This document shows, piece by piece, positions 17,080 to 25,044 of a stretch of DNA of 32,000 nucleotides. Each line of letters begins with the position of its first letter. Position 1 is the first letter of the stretch. The position numbers and the translations under genes are program-made. The notes under the pieces are model-generated. The model was not told the DNA's origin and made no database searches. It saw only the letters and a program-made list of their open reading frames with translations. This DNA is from an uncultured Chloroflexia bacterium (lineage in GTDB: Bacteria; Chloroflexota; Anaerolineae; Anaerolineales; Anaerolineaceae): assembly GCA_963704755.1 (NCBI GenBank), contig OY969938.1:1110001-1142000 (forward strand). Direction: 5' to 3'.

Positions 17080-18483
17080 CTAAGGATAAACTGTGTCCAG
17101 CCAATCCAGCGGATCAACCTGGACGCCGTCCACCCACAGGTCCCAGTGCAAATGCGGACCGGTCACCCGGCCGGTATCGCCGTACAGGCCGATCACCTGG
17201 CCGGCATCCACATGATCGCCGACCTTGACGTCGATCTCGGATTGGTGGAAGAGGGCGCTGTACACGCCCCATCCATGGTCGATAATGGTGGCATTGCCGC
17301 GCACGGTCAGCAGGCCGGTGAACACCACCACGCCCGGGGCGGGAGCCTTGATCGGCAGGCCCACACCGCCGCCGTAATCTACCCCGGTATGGAAATAGAC
17401 GGTTGTATCTGTGTTGTAGGTACGCCGGTCGCCGTAACCGGCCGTGATCCAGGTCGGGTCATTACCCGGCGCCTGGAAAACGCCCGACCAATAACGGGTA
17501 GAAGTAGCCGGAGTGGTGATATCCACCATCTTTTGGTCTTCCGGCCCGGTAATCGCGGGATCAATGGTCGAGGGATCGACTTCCAGGGGCGGGTCGGTCG
17601 CGAATATACCGGCCACGATGTTAACCGCCTGCTCCAGGCTGCTGGTCTTCCCGTCCGGCGTGGTCCATTGGAGCTGGATGGGATACAGTCCCGGATCGGC
17701 CAGTGCATTCACCCCGCTCAAAGCGATCTGGTCGCCGTTATCACCGGGGAAGAAGTGCAAGTCATGGCCCATGAACGAGCCAGACAAGGTCAACTGCTGG
17801 GCCGAGCCGACCTTGATCACCACCGTATCGCCCTGGACCAGCGGAGCCGGATCGATTTCGAAGGTCGGCAGGTTGGAAGGCACGGCCGGGGTGCCGGTGG
17901 CGCTCTGGTCCTGGCCGGTGCCCGGCGTCGCCAGCGGGTCACCCGGCAGGGCTTCCCAGCCGTTATCGAAGCCGTTCAGCAGCACCAGCGACCAGGGGTT
18001 GACCCCTTCCTGGGCCGCCAACCCCAACACACCCTGGCCTGCATCCAGGGTCTGGTTTTCGGAATAAGTGGCCTGGTTGTCCTGCTCGGGGATAATCAGG
18101 CTGGAGCCGACATACAGCTCTTCCGGGCTGGTGATGTGGTTCAGGTGAATGAGCATATCCACCGGGATCTGATAGCGCCGGCTCAGGCCTTGCAGTGAAT
18201 CCCCCAATTGGACCGTCTCGGTGATCAGCGTCCCGCTGATGCCTTGCAGGCCCGGGATGACCAGCGAATCGCCGGCCTTCAATTGATTCGGGTCGGCAAT
18301 GTCATTGGCGTTGATCAGGTCATCTTCACTGACCCCAAACTGGAGCGCAATGGAATAGAGGGTATCGCCGGATTGAACAATATAGACGGGTTGGTCCGGC
18401 GTATCTGCCTGGACTGCTCTCGGAGAAAATATGCTCAGCACAGCCAAAATGGCCAGCAATCGGATAAAACGATTAATTTTCAT
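17080..18483 (-). CDS. Secreted LysM-domain M23 family peptidoglycan metalloendopeptidase
   Basis: 467 aa with a signal peptide (MKINRFIRLLAILAVLSIFSPRAVQA). The LysM repeats include YIVQSGDTLYSIALQFGV and VQLGDSLQGLSRRYQIP. The M23 motifs are HTGVDY (HxxxD) and GPHLHWDLW (HxH). Confidence 0.92.
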   Translation of the reverse strand: MKINRFIRLLAILAVLSIFSPRAVQADTPDQPVYIVQSGDTLYSIALQFGVSEDDLINANDIADPNQLKAGDSLVIPGLQGISGTLITETVQLGDSLQGLSRRYQIPVDMLIHLNHITSPEELYVGSSLIIPEQDNQATYSENQTLDAGQGVLGLAAQEGVNPWSLVLLNGFDNGWEALPGDPLATPGTGQDQSATGTPAVPSNLPTFEIDPAPLVQGDTVVIKVGSAQQLTLSGSFMGHDLHFFPGDNGDQIALSGVNALADPGLYPIQLQWTTPDGKTSSLEQAVNIVAGIFATDPPLEVDPSTIDPAITGPEDQKMVDITTPATSTRYWSGVFQAPGNDPTWITAGYGDRRTYNTDTTVYFHTGVDYGGGVGLPIKAPAPGVVVFTGLLTVRGNATIIDHGWGVYSALFHQSEIDVKVGDHVDAGQVIGLYGDTGRVTGPHLHWDLWVDGVQVDPLDWLDTVYP

Positions 18484-18642
18484 GATGTCGTCGCAATCGT
18501 CACGATAAGCCTTTTGTCGGATTTTTTTAAACCCACTCGAGTGGGCTCCCCTGAACGGTTATTTTTCTGGCATTATAACCCAAAGCCCCAGACAACGTTT
18601 AACGACTGCAAAGGCATCTCTGGGATCTACCGTGGAAGAAGT

Positions 18643-18693
18643 TATATATGGGGTTTATTCGTGCGCGAAGCGCACGAATAAACCCCATATATA
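18643..18693. repeat. Perfect 24-bp palindrome with a 3-nt loop in a divergent intergenic region
   Basis: TATATATGGGGTTTATTCGTGCGC-gaa-GCGCACGAATAAACCCCATATATA, verified base by base. Confidence 0.9.
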
Positions 18694-18994
18694 CAACCCA
18701 TTCCGGTAATTCCCAAAGAACCCTGCAAAGCCAGAGAATGTATAGTTGGCCAGTCATACATAATTGGCAAGGTACTTCGTTTCGTCCCCCAGAAAATGCA
18801 TCAGGAAACCCTTTAAAAGCCGCTGTACAATTGATTCAACAGTACATCGCGACAGAGTGAAGCGAACGAACGAGTCTTAAAGTCAGCCAATTTCCCAATT
18901 GGTACGACGTAATTTTAAGGAGCAAGTCGTGTAACTATCCAAAAATAACCAACAAAAAATACACTTCCTTGCGACAATCTTGCACAACCGCGAT

Positions 18995-19025
18995 TTGACA
19001 AGAGATTGTGCTTGGCGCACAATCT
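18995..19025 (+). promoter_or_regulatory. Candidate sigma70 promoter (-35 TTGACA 18995-19000, 17-nt spacer, -10 CACAAT 19018-19023) with an overlapping operator-like inverted repeat
   Basis: The inverted repeat is AGATTGTGC (19003-19011) / GCACAATCT (19017-19025). A third half-site, ACAATCT, is at 18974-18980. Confidence 0.4.
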
Positions 19026-19127
19026 ATCTTGGATCATCCGATAGCGACCTGTACTATCTTAGCGGATGCAACGGCATTGAAAGCAAATGTAATCTGGTCT
19101 CTGCTGACAGTCTTCCCGGAGGTACAA

Positions 19128-19871
19128 ATGGATAAATACTTTGGTGAGTGGGTTCCATATTCAGGAACTAGCGCCATCATTCTTGGGGTTGTTTTGCTGG
19201 TGATTGCAGGTGTTTTCACTTTATTGGGCTTTAAGCTAAAAAAACCCTTAAGGGTAAAACAACCTGGCAAGGCAGCAGGAGGAATGACGATCTTCGTTTG
19301 GATTCTTTCCATCCTGACATTTCTTGTAAATGCAGGCATCTATGCGCTGCTGATGCAGCAGGCAAAATTAACGGGTACTGTACCAGCTAATCCAATTACG
19401 AAATTTACACTATCGTTTGCATTCTTAACTTTCTTAATAATCTTTCAAATCAATGTAAAGAAAGATGCAAAGGCAGGTTTCTGGGCTGCGGCGCTTGCAG
19501 CTATGGCTGGACCTATGGTTTTTGAATTACCTTTTGACCTGATTGTTATGGGCAGGACTTTTCCCCCTATTCCCCCGGATCCTACGGCTTTACGTGTCTT
19601 ATTTTTCTTTCCTCTTTTCCTGACAGAGCTAACCACGATATCTCTATTGTTCTTTTCTCCACTTTTTAAAATTACTAAATATTCTCTATACAGCTTGGCC
19701 GGCATGTTTTTCGTATTTGCAATTTGGGGGTTCTTAAGCTTTTCGTTTGCCTACACGACAGAATTTCTCGTTTTCAATGTAGTTGCCAAAGCCCTGGCCT
19801 TCCTTGTGGTTGTCACGCTCTTTCTTCCACAGAAATTTATGGACTCAAAGCTGCCGGCCGGATTGTCGTGA
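19128..19871 (+). CDS. Hypothetical polytopic membrane protein (about 7 TM segments), in a lower-G+C gene
   Basis: I place the start at ATG 19128 (GGAGG 5 nt upstream); the track ORF starts 40 codons earlier. Hydrophobic helices run throughout. No family recognised. Confidence 0.65.
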   Translation: MDKYFGEWVPYSGTSAIILGVVLLVIAGVFTLLGFKLKKPLRVKQPGKAAGGMTIFVWILSILTFLVNAGIYALLMQQAKLTGTVPANPITKFTLSFAFLTFLIIFQINVKKDAKAGFWAAALAAMAGPMVFELPFDLIVMGRTFPPIPPDPTALRVLFFFPLFLTELTTISLLFFSPLFKITKYSLYSLAGMFFVFAIWGFLSFSFAYTTEFLVFNVVAKALAFLVVVTLFLPQKFMDSKLPAGLS

Positions 19872-19908
19872 AATCTATCGGTGGACAAAAAACATGGCCC
19901 AAATAAGG

Positions 19909-19941
19909 GGTATTTGCGCGGGCATCCACCGCGCAAATACC
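19909..19941 (+). terminator. Candidate terminator after the membrane protein gene
   Basis: GGTATTTGCGCGG-ggcatcca-CCGCGCAAATACC forms a 13-bp perfect stem. It is followed by TCTCATTTG. Confidence 0.5.
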
Positions 19942-20080
19942 TCTCATTTGTAAAACTCAGGTACGAGACCGGATAATTCCTTATGTATAATAATTATCGA
20001 GTATTACGATCTACTTATAGATTATTTGACGGTCCAAGGGATCGGATTGCTCTTACCAACCACAATCGATAAAGGTAAAA

Positions 20081-20941
20081 ATGAGTCCCAACCTGACCAA
20101 CTATATTTGTATGACCTGCGGAACGCAGTTCGCCGCCACGGCCACGCCCCCGGCGCATTGCCCGATCTGCGAGGACGAGCGCCAGTACGTCGGCTGGAAC
20201 GGCCAGCAGTGGACCACGTTGCAAGCCCTGGCTGAAACGCACACCAACCTGATCAAACCGCTCGAGCCCGACCTGACCGGCATCGGCATGGTACCGAATT
20301 TTTCAATCGGCCAGCGCGCCTTGCTCGTGCAGACCCCGGCCGGGAACGTCCTTTGGGATTGCATCCCCCTGATCGACGACGCGACTATCGCCGCAGTGGA
20401 AGCCCTGGGTGGTATCGCATTCATTGCCGTTTCGCACCCCCATTATTATTCTGCCATGATCGAATGGAGCCACGCCTTCAACGCCCCGGTTTACCTGCAT
20501 GCCGCCGACAAGGAGTGGGTGATGCGCCCCGATCCGGCCATCATCTTTTGGGAAGGAGAAACCCGGTCGCTCCTGGAGGATTTGACTTTGATCCGCTGCG
20601 GCGGTCATTTCGCCGGCGGGACGGTTTTGCACTGGCCTGGCGGTACCGGGGGCCAGGGTGCCTTGCTGAGCGGGGACATCCTCAACGTGGTCCAGGACCG
20701 CCGTTTCGTCAGCTTTATGTACAGCTATCCTAATTTAATCCCCTTGCCGCCTTACGCCGTGCGGAATATCGTTGCAGCGGTCGAGCCATTCCAATTTGAG
20801 CGCATATACGGCGCCTGGTGGGATCGGGTCGTTGCGCAGGACGCCAAACAAGCCGTGGCCCGTTCTGCCAACCGCTACATCGCCGCGATCGAGGGTACCG
20901 GGAGTGGAGAGGCTGTTAAAGAGGAAAAATCCCTCCCCTAA
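20081..20941 (+). CDS. MBL-fold metallo-hydrolase with an N-terminal zinc-ribbon/rubredoxin-like CxxC...CxxC motif
   Basis: 286 aa. The N-terminal motif is CMTCG...CPIC, followed by an MBL-like core (AVSHPHYY, GGHFAGG). Confidence 0.75.
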   Translation: MSPNLTNYICMTCGTQFAATATPPAHCPICEDERQYVGWNGQQWTTLQALAETHTNLIKPLEPDLTGIGMVPNFSIGQRALLVQTPAGNVLWDCIPLIDDATIAAVEALGGIAFIAVSHPHYYSAMIEWSHAFNAPVYLHAADKEWVMRPDPAIIFWEGETRSLLEDLTLIRCGGHFAGGTVLHWPGGTGGQGALLSGDILNVVQDRRFVSFMYSYPNLIPLPPYAVRNIVAAVEPFQFERIYGAWWDRVVAQDAKQAVARSANRYIAAIEGTGSGEAVKEEKSLP

Positions 20942-21156
20942 AATCCGCACTTTGAATTTAGGGGGAGGTTAGGAGGAGGCAAAAAGCGCCGGGCTATCAG
21001 ACCATTGGCGTGTAAAACCGGCTCTCTGCCCCCTTCCCTGCTTCCCCCCAAATCAAAAACCGATTTGGAGGGAAGAGCAAGATTACTACCCTGGAATCCA
21101 TAATCAATGATGCAGGGCAATCGCATCATGCCAATTTAGTCCCAACAGAGAGATAA

Positions 21157-21201
21157 TTTTGAGTGTTATTGTGGGGCTACGCCCCACAATAACACTCAAA
21201 A
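21157..21201. repeat. Perfect 21-bp palindrome with a 3-nt loop
   Basis: TTTTGAGTGTTATTGTGGGGC-tac-GCCCCACAATAACACTCAAAA. Confidence 0.9.
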
Positions 21202-21272
21202 CTCATTCTTTGGGGAATTGCCCTCGAAAAGCCGGCAGGCTGCAATTGCCCTGACCAATGATGAAAATCCTC

Positions 21273-21300
21273 TTGACAAGATCTCATTTTTGCATAGAAT
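21273..21300 (+). promoter_or_regulatory. Sigma70-type promoter of the pyr operon (-35 TTGACA 21273-21278, 16-nt spacer, -10 TAGAAT 21295-21300)
   Basis: The -35 is consensus and the -10 matches 5/6. Two direct AATTGCCCT repeats lie upstream, at 21216-21224 and 21244-21252. Confidence 0.6.
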
Positions 21301-21309
21301 CAATCCGAT

Positions 21310-21390
21310 ATGTATAAACGACCATTCAACGACTACTTGCACTTCACGCCCAAAAAACGGGCGGCTGGTCGTTCCCCTTTTTCTATTTGA
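21310..21390 (+). CDS. Hypothetical 26-codon leader peptide ORF (MYKRPFNDYLHFTPKKRAAGRSPFSI) in the pyr leader
   Basis: The ATG lies 10 nt after the -10 hexamer, so the mRNA would be essentially leaderless. The stop TGA (21388-21390) abuts the 5' arm of the attenuator hairpin. There is no SD sequence, so this is speculative. Confidence 0.25.
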   Translation: MYKRPFNDYLHFTPKKRAAGRSPFSI

Positions 21391-21419
21391 CACCCCGAGA
21401 TTCCTCGGGGTGTTTTTTT
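21390..21419 (+). terminator. Intrinsic terminator (attenuator) 19 nt upstream of the pyrC start codon
   Basis: ACACCCCGAG-attc-CTCGGGGTGT is followed by TTTTTTT. It lies between the promoter (21273-21300) and the pyrC RBS GGAGGA (21428-21433). Confidence 0.8.
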
Positions 21420-21438
21420 ATGTTTTTGGAGGATTTGG

Positions 21439-22500
21439 ATGCTCAAGTTACCGGGCCTGATCGACCCGCATGTACATCTGCGGGAACCTGGCGGGACGCA
21501 TAAAGAAGACTGGGACAGCGGTACCGCGGCTGCCCTGGCCGGCGGGTTCACCTTGATTCTGGCCATGCCCAATACCCAGCCCCCGGTGACGGATGCCGCC
21601 AGCCTCAAATTGGTCCTGGATACGGCTGCGCGCAAAGCCCGCTGCGACTACGCCCAATTCCTGGGCGCCTGCGCGGATAACGCCCTTAGCGGAGCGGCCC
21701 TGGCCGGCCAGACCGCCGGGCTGAAGATGTACCTCGACCAGACTTACGGCCCGCTCAAGCTGGACGAAATGAGCCAGTGGATTGAATTCTTCCGCAACTG
21801 GCCGGCCGAGCAGGCCATCGCGGCCCACGCCGGCGGGCACATCACCGCCGCGGTCATTCTCCTTTCAGCTTTGTATGACCGCCCGGTCCATATCTGCCAC
21901 GTCTCCACCCGTGAAGAGATCTTGCTCATCCGCGCAGCCAAAGAACGCGGCTTGAAAGTGACCTGCGAGGTCACCCCGCACCATCTCTTCCTCTCCCAGG
22001 CCGACCAGGCCGCCATCGGCGCCGGCCGGGCGGAAGTCCGCCCGGTGCTGGCCACCACCGCCGACCAGCAGGCCCTGTGGGACAACCTGGACGTGATCGA
22101 CTGCTTCGCCACCGACCACGCCCCCCATACCCTGGCCGAAAAAGACGGGCCGAAACCCCCGCCCGGTTTCCCCGGCCTGGAAACAGCCCTGCCGCTGCTG
22201 CTCAATGCCGTACACGCCGGCCGCCTGACCATCGATGACCTGGTGGCCCGCTGCTACACCAATCCCCAGCGGATCTATCACCTGCCAGCCCAGGAAGAAA
22301 CCTGGATCGAAATCGATCCGGAGTATCGCCACGAAATCCACGCCGCCGGCAGCTATACCCGTTGCGGCTGGACGCCTTACGAAGGCATGCAAGTCAACGG
22401 CTGCGTCACCCGTGTGGTGCTGCGCGGCCGGGAAGTATTCAAAAATGGCATTGTGACCGCACAACCCGGAAGCGGCCGCAATATTCGCCAGACACCCTAA
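21439..22500 (+). CDS. pyrC: Dihydroorotase, short CAD-like form
   Basis: 353 aa. It has [10 protein letters not shown] (HxH), GLKMYL (carboxylated Lys position), HICHVS and TDHAPH. It strongly resembles my recollection of the DHOase domain of eukaryotic CAD. Confidence 0.9.
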   Translation: MLKLPGLIDPHVHLREPGGTHKEDWDSGTAAALAGGFTLILAMPNTQPPVTDAASLKLVLDTAARKARCDYAQFLGACADNALSGAALAGQTAGLKMYLDQTYGPLKLDEMSQWIEFFRNWPAEQAIAAHAGGHITAAVILLSALYDRPVHICHVSTREEILLIRAAKERGLKVTCEVTPHHLFLSQADQAAIGAGRAEVRPVLATTADQQALWDNLDVIDCFATDHAPHTLAEKDGPKPPPGFPGLETALPLLLNAVHAGRLTIDDLVARCYTNPQRIYHLPAQEETWIEIDPEYRHEIHAAGSYTRCGWTPYEGMQVNGCVTRVVLRGREVFKNGIVTAQPGSGRNIRQTP

Positions 22501-22526
22501 TTCACTATTTACAGGAGCAAAGAATA

Positions 22527-23519
22527 ATGGCTATTCACACCCCACCCAATCGTGCCAAGAACCCCTATCTGCCTTTCGGCGACAAGCAAGATAGCCCCTT
22601 TTACGGTCGCGACATCCTTTCGGTTAATCAATTCGATCGCGAAAAACTTTCCTATATCTTCGCCGTAGCCACAGAAATGGAAGAAATGGTGCGTCGGGTT
22701 GGCTCTTTTGACCTGCTCAAGGGTAAGATTTTAGCAAGCCTGTTCTACGAACCGTCCACCCGGACCTCTTCGTCCTTTACTTCAGCCATGGAGCGCCTGG
22801 GTGGCAGTGTAATCCCGATCAACGAAGTGCGCTATTCCTCGGTCTCCAAAGGCGAGAGCCTGCCGGACACCATCCGCACCCTGGAAGCCTACGCGGACGT
22901 GATCGTCCTGCGCCACCCAGAGACCGGCTCGGCTGCCCTGGCGGCCAAATACGCCCGCAAACCGGTCATCAACGCCGGCGACGGGATCGGCGAGCACCCC
23001 ACCCAGGCTCTGCTCGACCTGTTCACCATCCAGGCTGAATTGGGCCACATCGACGGACTGACCATCACCATGCTGGGCGATTTGAAATATGGCCGCACCG
23101 TTCATTCCCTTTCGCGCCTGCTGACTCTCTACAACGTCAAAATCAATTACGTTTCACCTGAAATCCTGCGCATGCCGGCTGAAATTATCGATGAAATCAA
23201 CGCGAAAGGCATCGCCCAGGCTCAATATACTGCGCTCGAACCGGCTCTGTCCGAAAGCGATGTGCTCTACGTTACCCGTGTGCAAAAAGAACGTTTCGAA
23301 AGCCCGGAAGTTTACGAACAGGTCAAGGGCAGCTACGTGATCACTCCGGAAGTGCTGCAAAGCGCCAAAGAAGAAATGATCGTGATGCATCCCCTGCCCC
23401 GTGTCGGCGAGATCAGCATGGACGTTGATGACGATCCTCGCGCAGCCTATTTCCGCCAGATGGAATACGGCCTGTACGTGCGTATGGCCCTGCTGGCAAT
23501 GGTATTAGGAAAAGCCTGA
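22527..23519 (+). CDS. pyrB: Aspartate carbamoyltransferase catalytic chain
   Basis: [16 protein letters not shown] and HPLPR are present. I place the start at ATG 22527 (AGGAG 9 nt upstream). The longer track ORF from 22362 overlaps pyrC and is rejected. Confidence 0.93.
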   Translation: MAIHTPPNRAKNPYLPFGDKQDSPFYGRDILSVNQFDREKLSYIFAVATEMEEMVRRVGSFDLLKGKILASLFYEPSTRTSSSFTSAMERLGGSVIPINEVRYSSVSKGESLPDTIRTLEAYADVIVLRHPETGSAALAAKYARKPVINAGDGIGEHPTQALLDLFTIQAELGHIDGLTITMLGDLKYGRTVHSLSRLLTLYNVKINYVSPEILRMPAEIIDEINAKGIAQAQYTALEPALSESDVLYVTRVQKERFESPEVYEQVKGSYVITPEVLQSAKEEMIVMHPLPRVGEISMDVDDDPRAAYFRQMEYGLYVRMALLAMVLGKA

Positions 23520-23592
23520 TCGATCCCTTTCGTCTGAGAGGCTGGCAGTAACCTGCCTGCCTGCACGTCTCACTGCTTTGCTACCCGAGGAA

Positions 23593-25044
23593 ATGAGTAT
23601 TCTGATGACCCAGCCTGCCTCTTTTTTTGAAATGCTCGCAGCCCGCGCACGCAAGATCGATTCCCTGCTGTGCGTCGGTCTCGACCCGCACCCGGCCGAC
23701 CTGCCCGAACCCAGCGCAGCCGCCGCGGAAGCTTTTTGCCGGCGCCTGATCGATGCCACGCATGATCTGGCCCTGGCTTATAAACCCAACGCAGCCTTCT
23801 TCGAAGTGTACGGCGCCGCCGGATGGCAGGCTTTAAAAGAAGTGATCGACGTTATTCCAGAAGGTATACCGGTCGTCCTGGACGCCAAACGCGGCGATAT
23901 CGCCTCGACTGCCGACGCTTACGCGGAGGCCATCTTTGGTACGCTCGCGGCCGACGCGGTCACCATCAATCCTTACCTGGGCTATGATTCACTGCGGCCC
24001 TTCCTGCGCCAGCCTCAGCACGGGGTGTTCCTGCTGTGCAAGACCTCCAACCCGGGTTCGATGGATTTACAGGACCTCTCATTGGTCTGCCAGGGCCAGC
24101 CCATGCGCCTGTACGAAAAGGTAGCCGCCCTGGCCCAGGAATGGAACGAACAGGACAACCTGGGCCTGGTGGTCGGCGCCACCCACCCGGATGCCTTGCG
24201 CCGGGTACGCAAAGCCGCCCCGGATCTGTGGTTCCTGACCCCTGGAGTAGGCGCCCAGGGCGGTGATCTGCAAGAAGCGCTCCAGGCCGGTTTGCGCAGC
24301 GATGGTCTCGGTATGCTGATCCCCGTCTCGCGGGCCATTTCGCGTGCCGCCGACCCGCGCCAGGCCACCCTGGAGCTGGTCGAGAAGATCCGCCAGGTGC
24401 GGGCATTCCTGGCCCCGGTCGAGGTGGTTGCACCTCAGGAATTGCCGGTACCCGCCGCCCTGGCCGAGGGTTTGCTGCAAGCGGGCTGCGTCCGCTTTGG
24501 CCAGTTCACCCTCAAATCCGGGCTGATCTCACCCATCTACATCGACCTGCGCCGGCTGGCGTCCTTCCCGGCCATCCTGGCCGATGCCGCCGCAGCCTAC
24601 ATACCCTTGCTGCAACGGCTGACCTTTGACCGGCTGGCCGCGCTGCCTTACGCCGGTTTGCCCATCGCTACCGCGATCAGCTTGCAGACCGGGCGGCCGC
24701 TGATTTACCCGCGCAAAGAGGTCAAGAGCTATGGCACCCGCGCCGAAGTGGAAGGCAGCTTCGAGGCCGGCGAGACCGCCGTGGTCATCGACGACCTGGC
24801 CACCACCGGCGAGAGCAAATTCGAAGCTATTGACCGGCTGGCCCAGGCGGGGCTGCAGGTCGAGGACGTGGTCGTGCTGATCGACCGCCAGTCTGGCGCA
24901 ACCGAGGCCCTGGCCAAAGCCGGTTACCGTCTGCACGCAGCCCTCACCCTGACCGGCTTACTCGATTACTGGCAAAAAACCGGCCGCATCCCCTTGGAAC
25001 AGATCCAGGAGGTGCGCGACTTTTTGGAGAAAACTAAAGCGTGA
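23593..25044 (+). CDS. pyrFE: Bifunctional orotidine-5'-phosphate decarboxylase (N-terminal) / orotate phosphoribosyltransferase (C-terminal) fusion
   Basis: The N-terminal half has LCVGLDPH and LDAKRGDI (type 2 OMP decarboxylase). The C-terminal half has the PRPP motif VVIDDLATTGESK and FTLKSG. The start is uncertain: ATG 23593, ATG 23605, or the track's TTG 23578. Confidence 0.9.
   Translation: MSILMTQPASFFEMLAARARKIDSLLCVGLDPHPADLPEPSAAAAEAFCRRLIDATHDLALAYKPNAAFFEVYGAAGWQALKEVIDVIPEGIPVVLDAKRGDIASTADAYAEAIFGTLAADAVTINPYLGYDSLRPFLRQPQHGVFLLCKTSNPGSMDLQDLSLVCQGQPMRLYEKVAALAQEWNEQDNLGLVVGATHPDALRRVRKAAPDLWFLTPGVGAQGGDLQEALQAGLRSDGLGMLIPVSRAISRAADPRQATLELVEKIRQVRAFLAPVEVVAPQELPVPAALAEGLLQAGCVRFGQFTLKSGLISPIYIDLRRLASFPAILADAAAAYIPLLQRLTFDRLAALPYAGLPIATAISLQTGRPLIYPRKEVKSYGTRAEVEGSFEAGETAVVIDDLATTGESKFEAIDRLAQAGLQVEDVVVLIDRQSGATEALAKAGYRLHAALTLTGLLDYWQKTGRIPLEQIQEVRDFLEKTKA

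Noticed and set aside
17017-18198. 393-aa plus-strand ORF
   Set aside because: It lies entirely antisense to the well-supported LysM-M23 peptidase gene. Its translation is low-complexity and rich in R/G/A/H, as expected for a shadow frame in G+C-rich coding DNA. No RBS or recognisable motifs.
21138-21154. AGTCCCAACAGAGAGAT as a possible PyrR binding loop
   Set aside because: It resembles UCCAGAGAGG only loosely, with a 4-nt insertion and no GG. It also lies upstream of the predicted pyr promoter rather than in the transcribed leader.
22362-22526. N-terminal 55-codon extension of the pyrB ORF in the track
   Set aside because: The extension overlaps the 3' end of pyrC in another frame and has no RBS. 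ATG 22527 is preceded by AGGAG and gives a sensible PyrB N-terminus.
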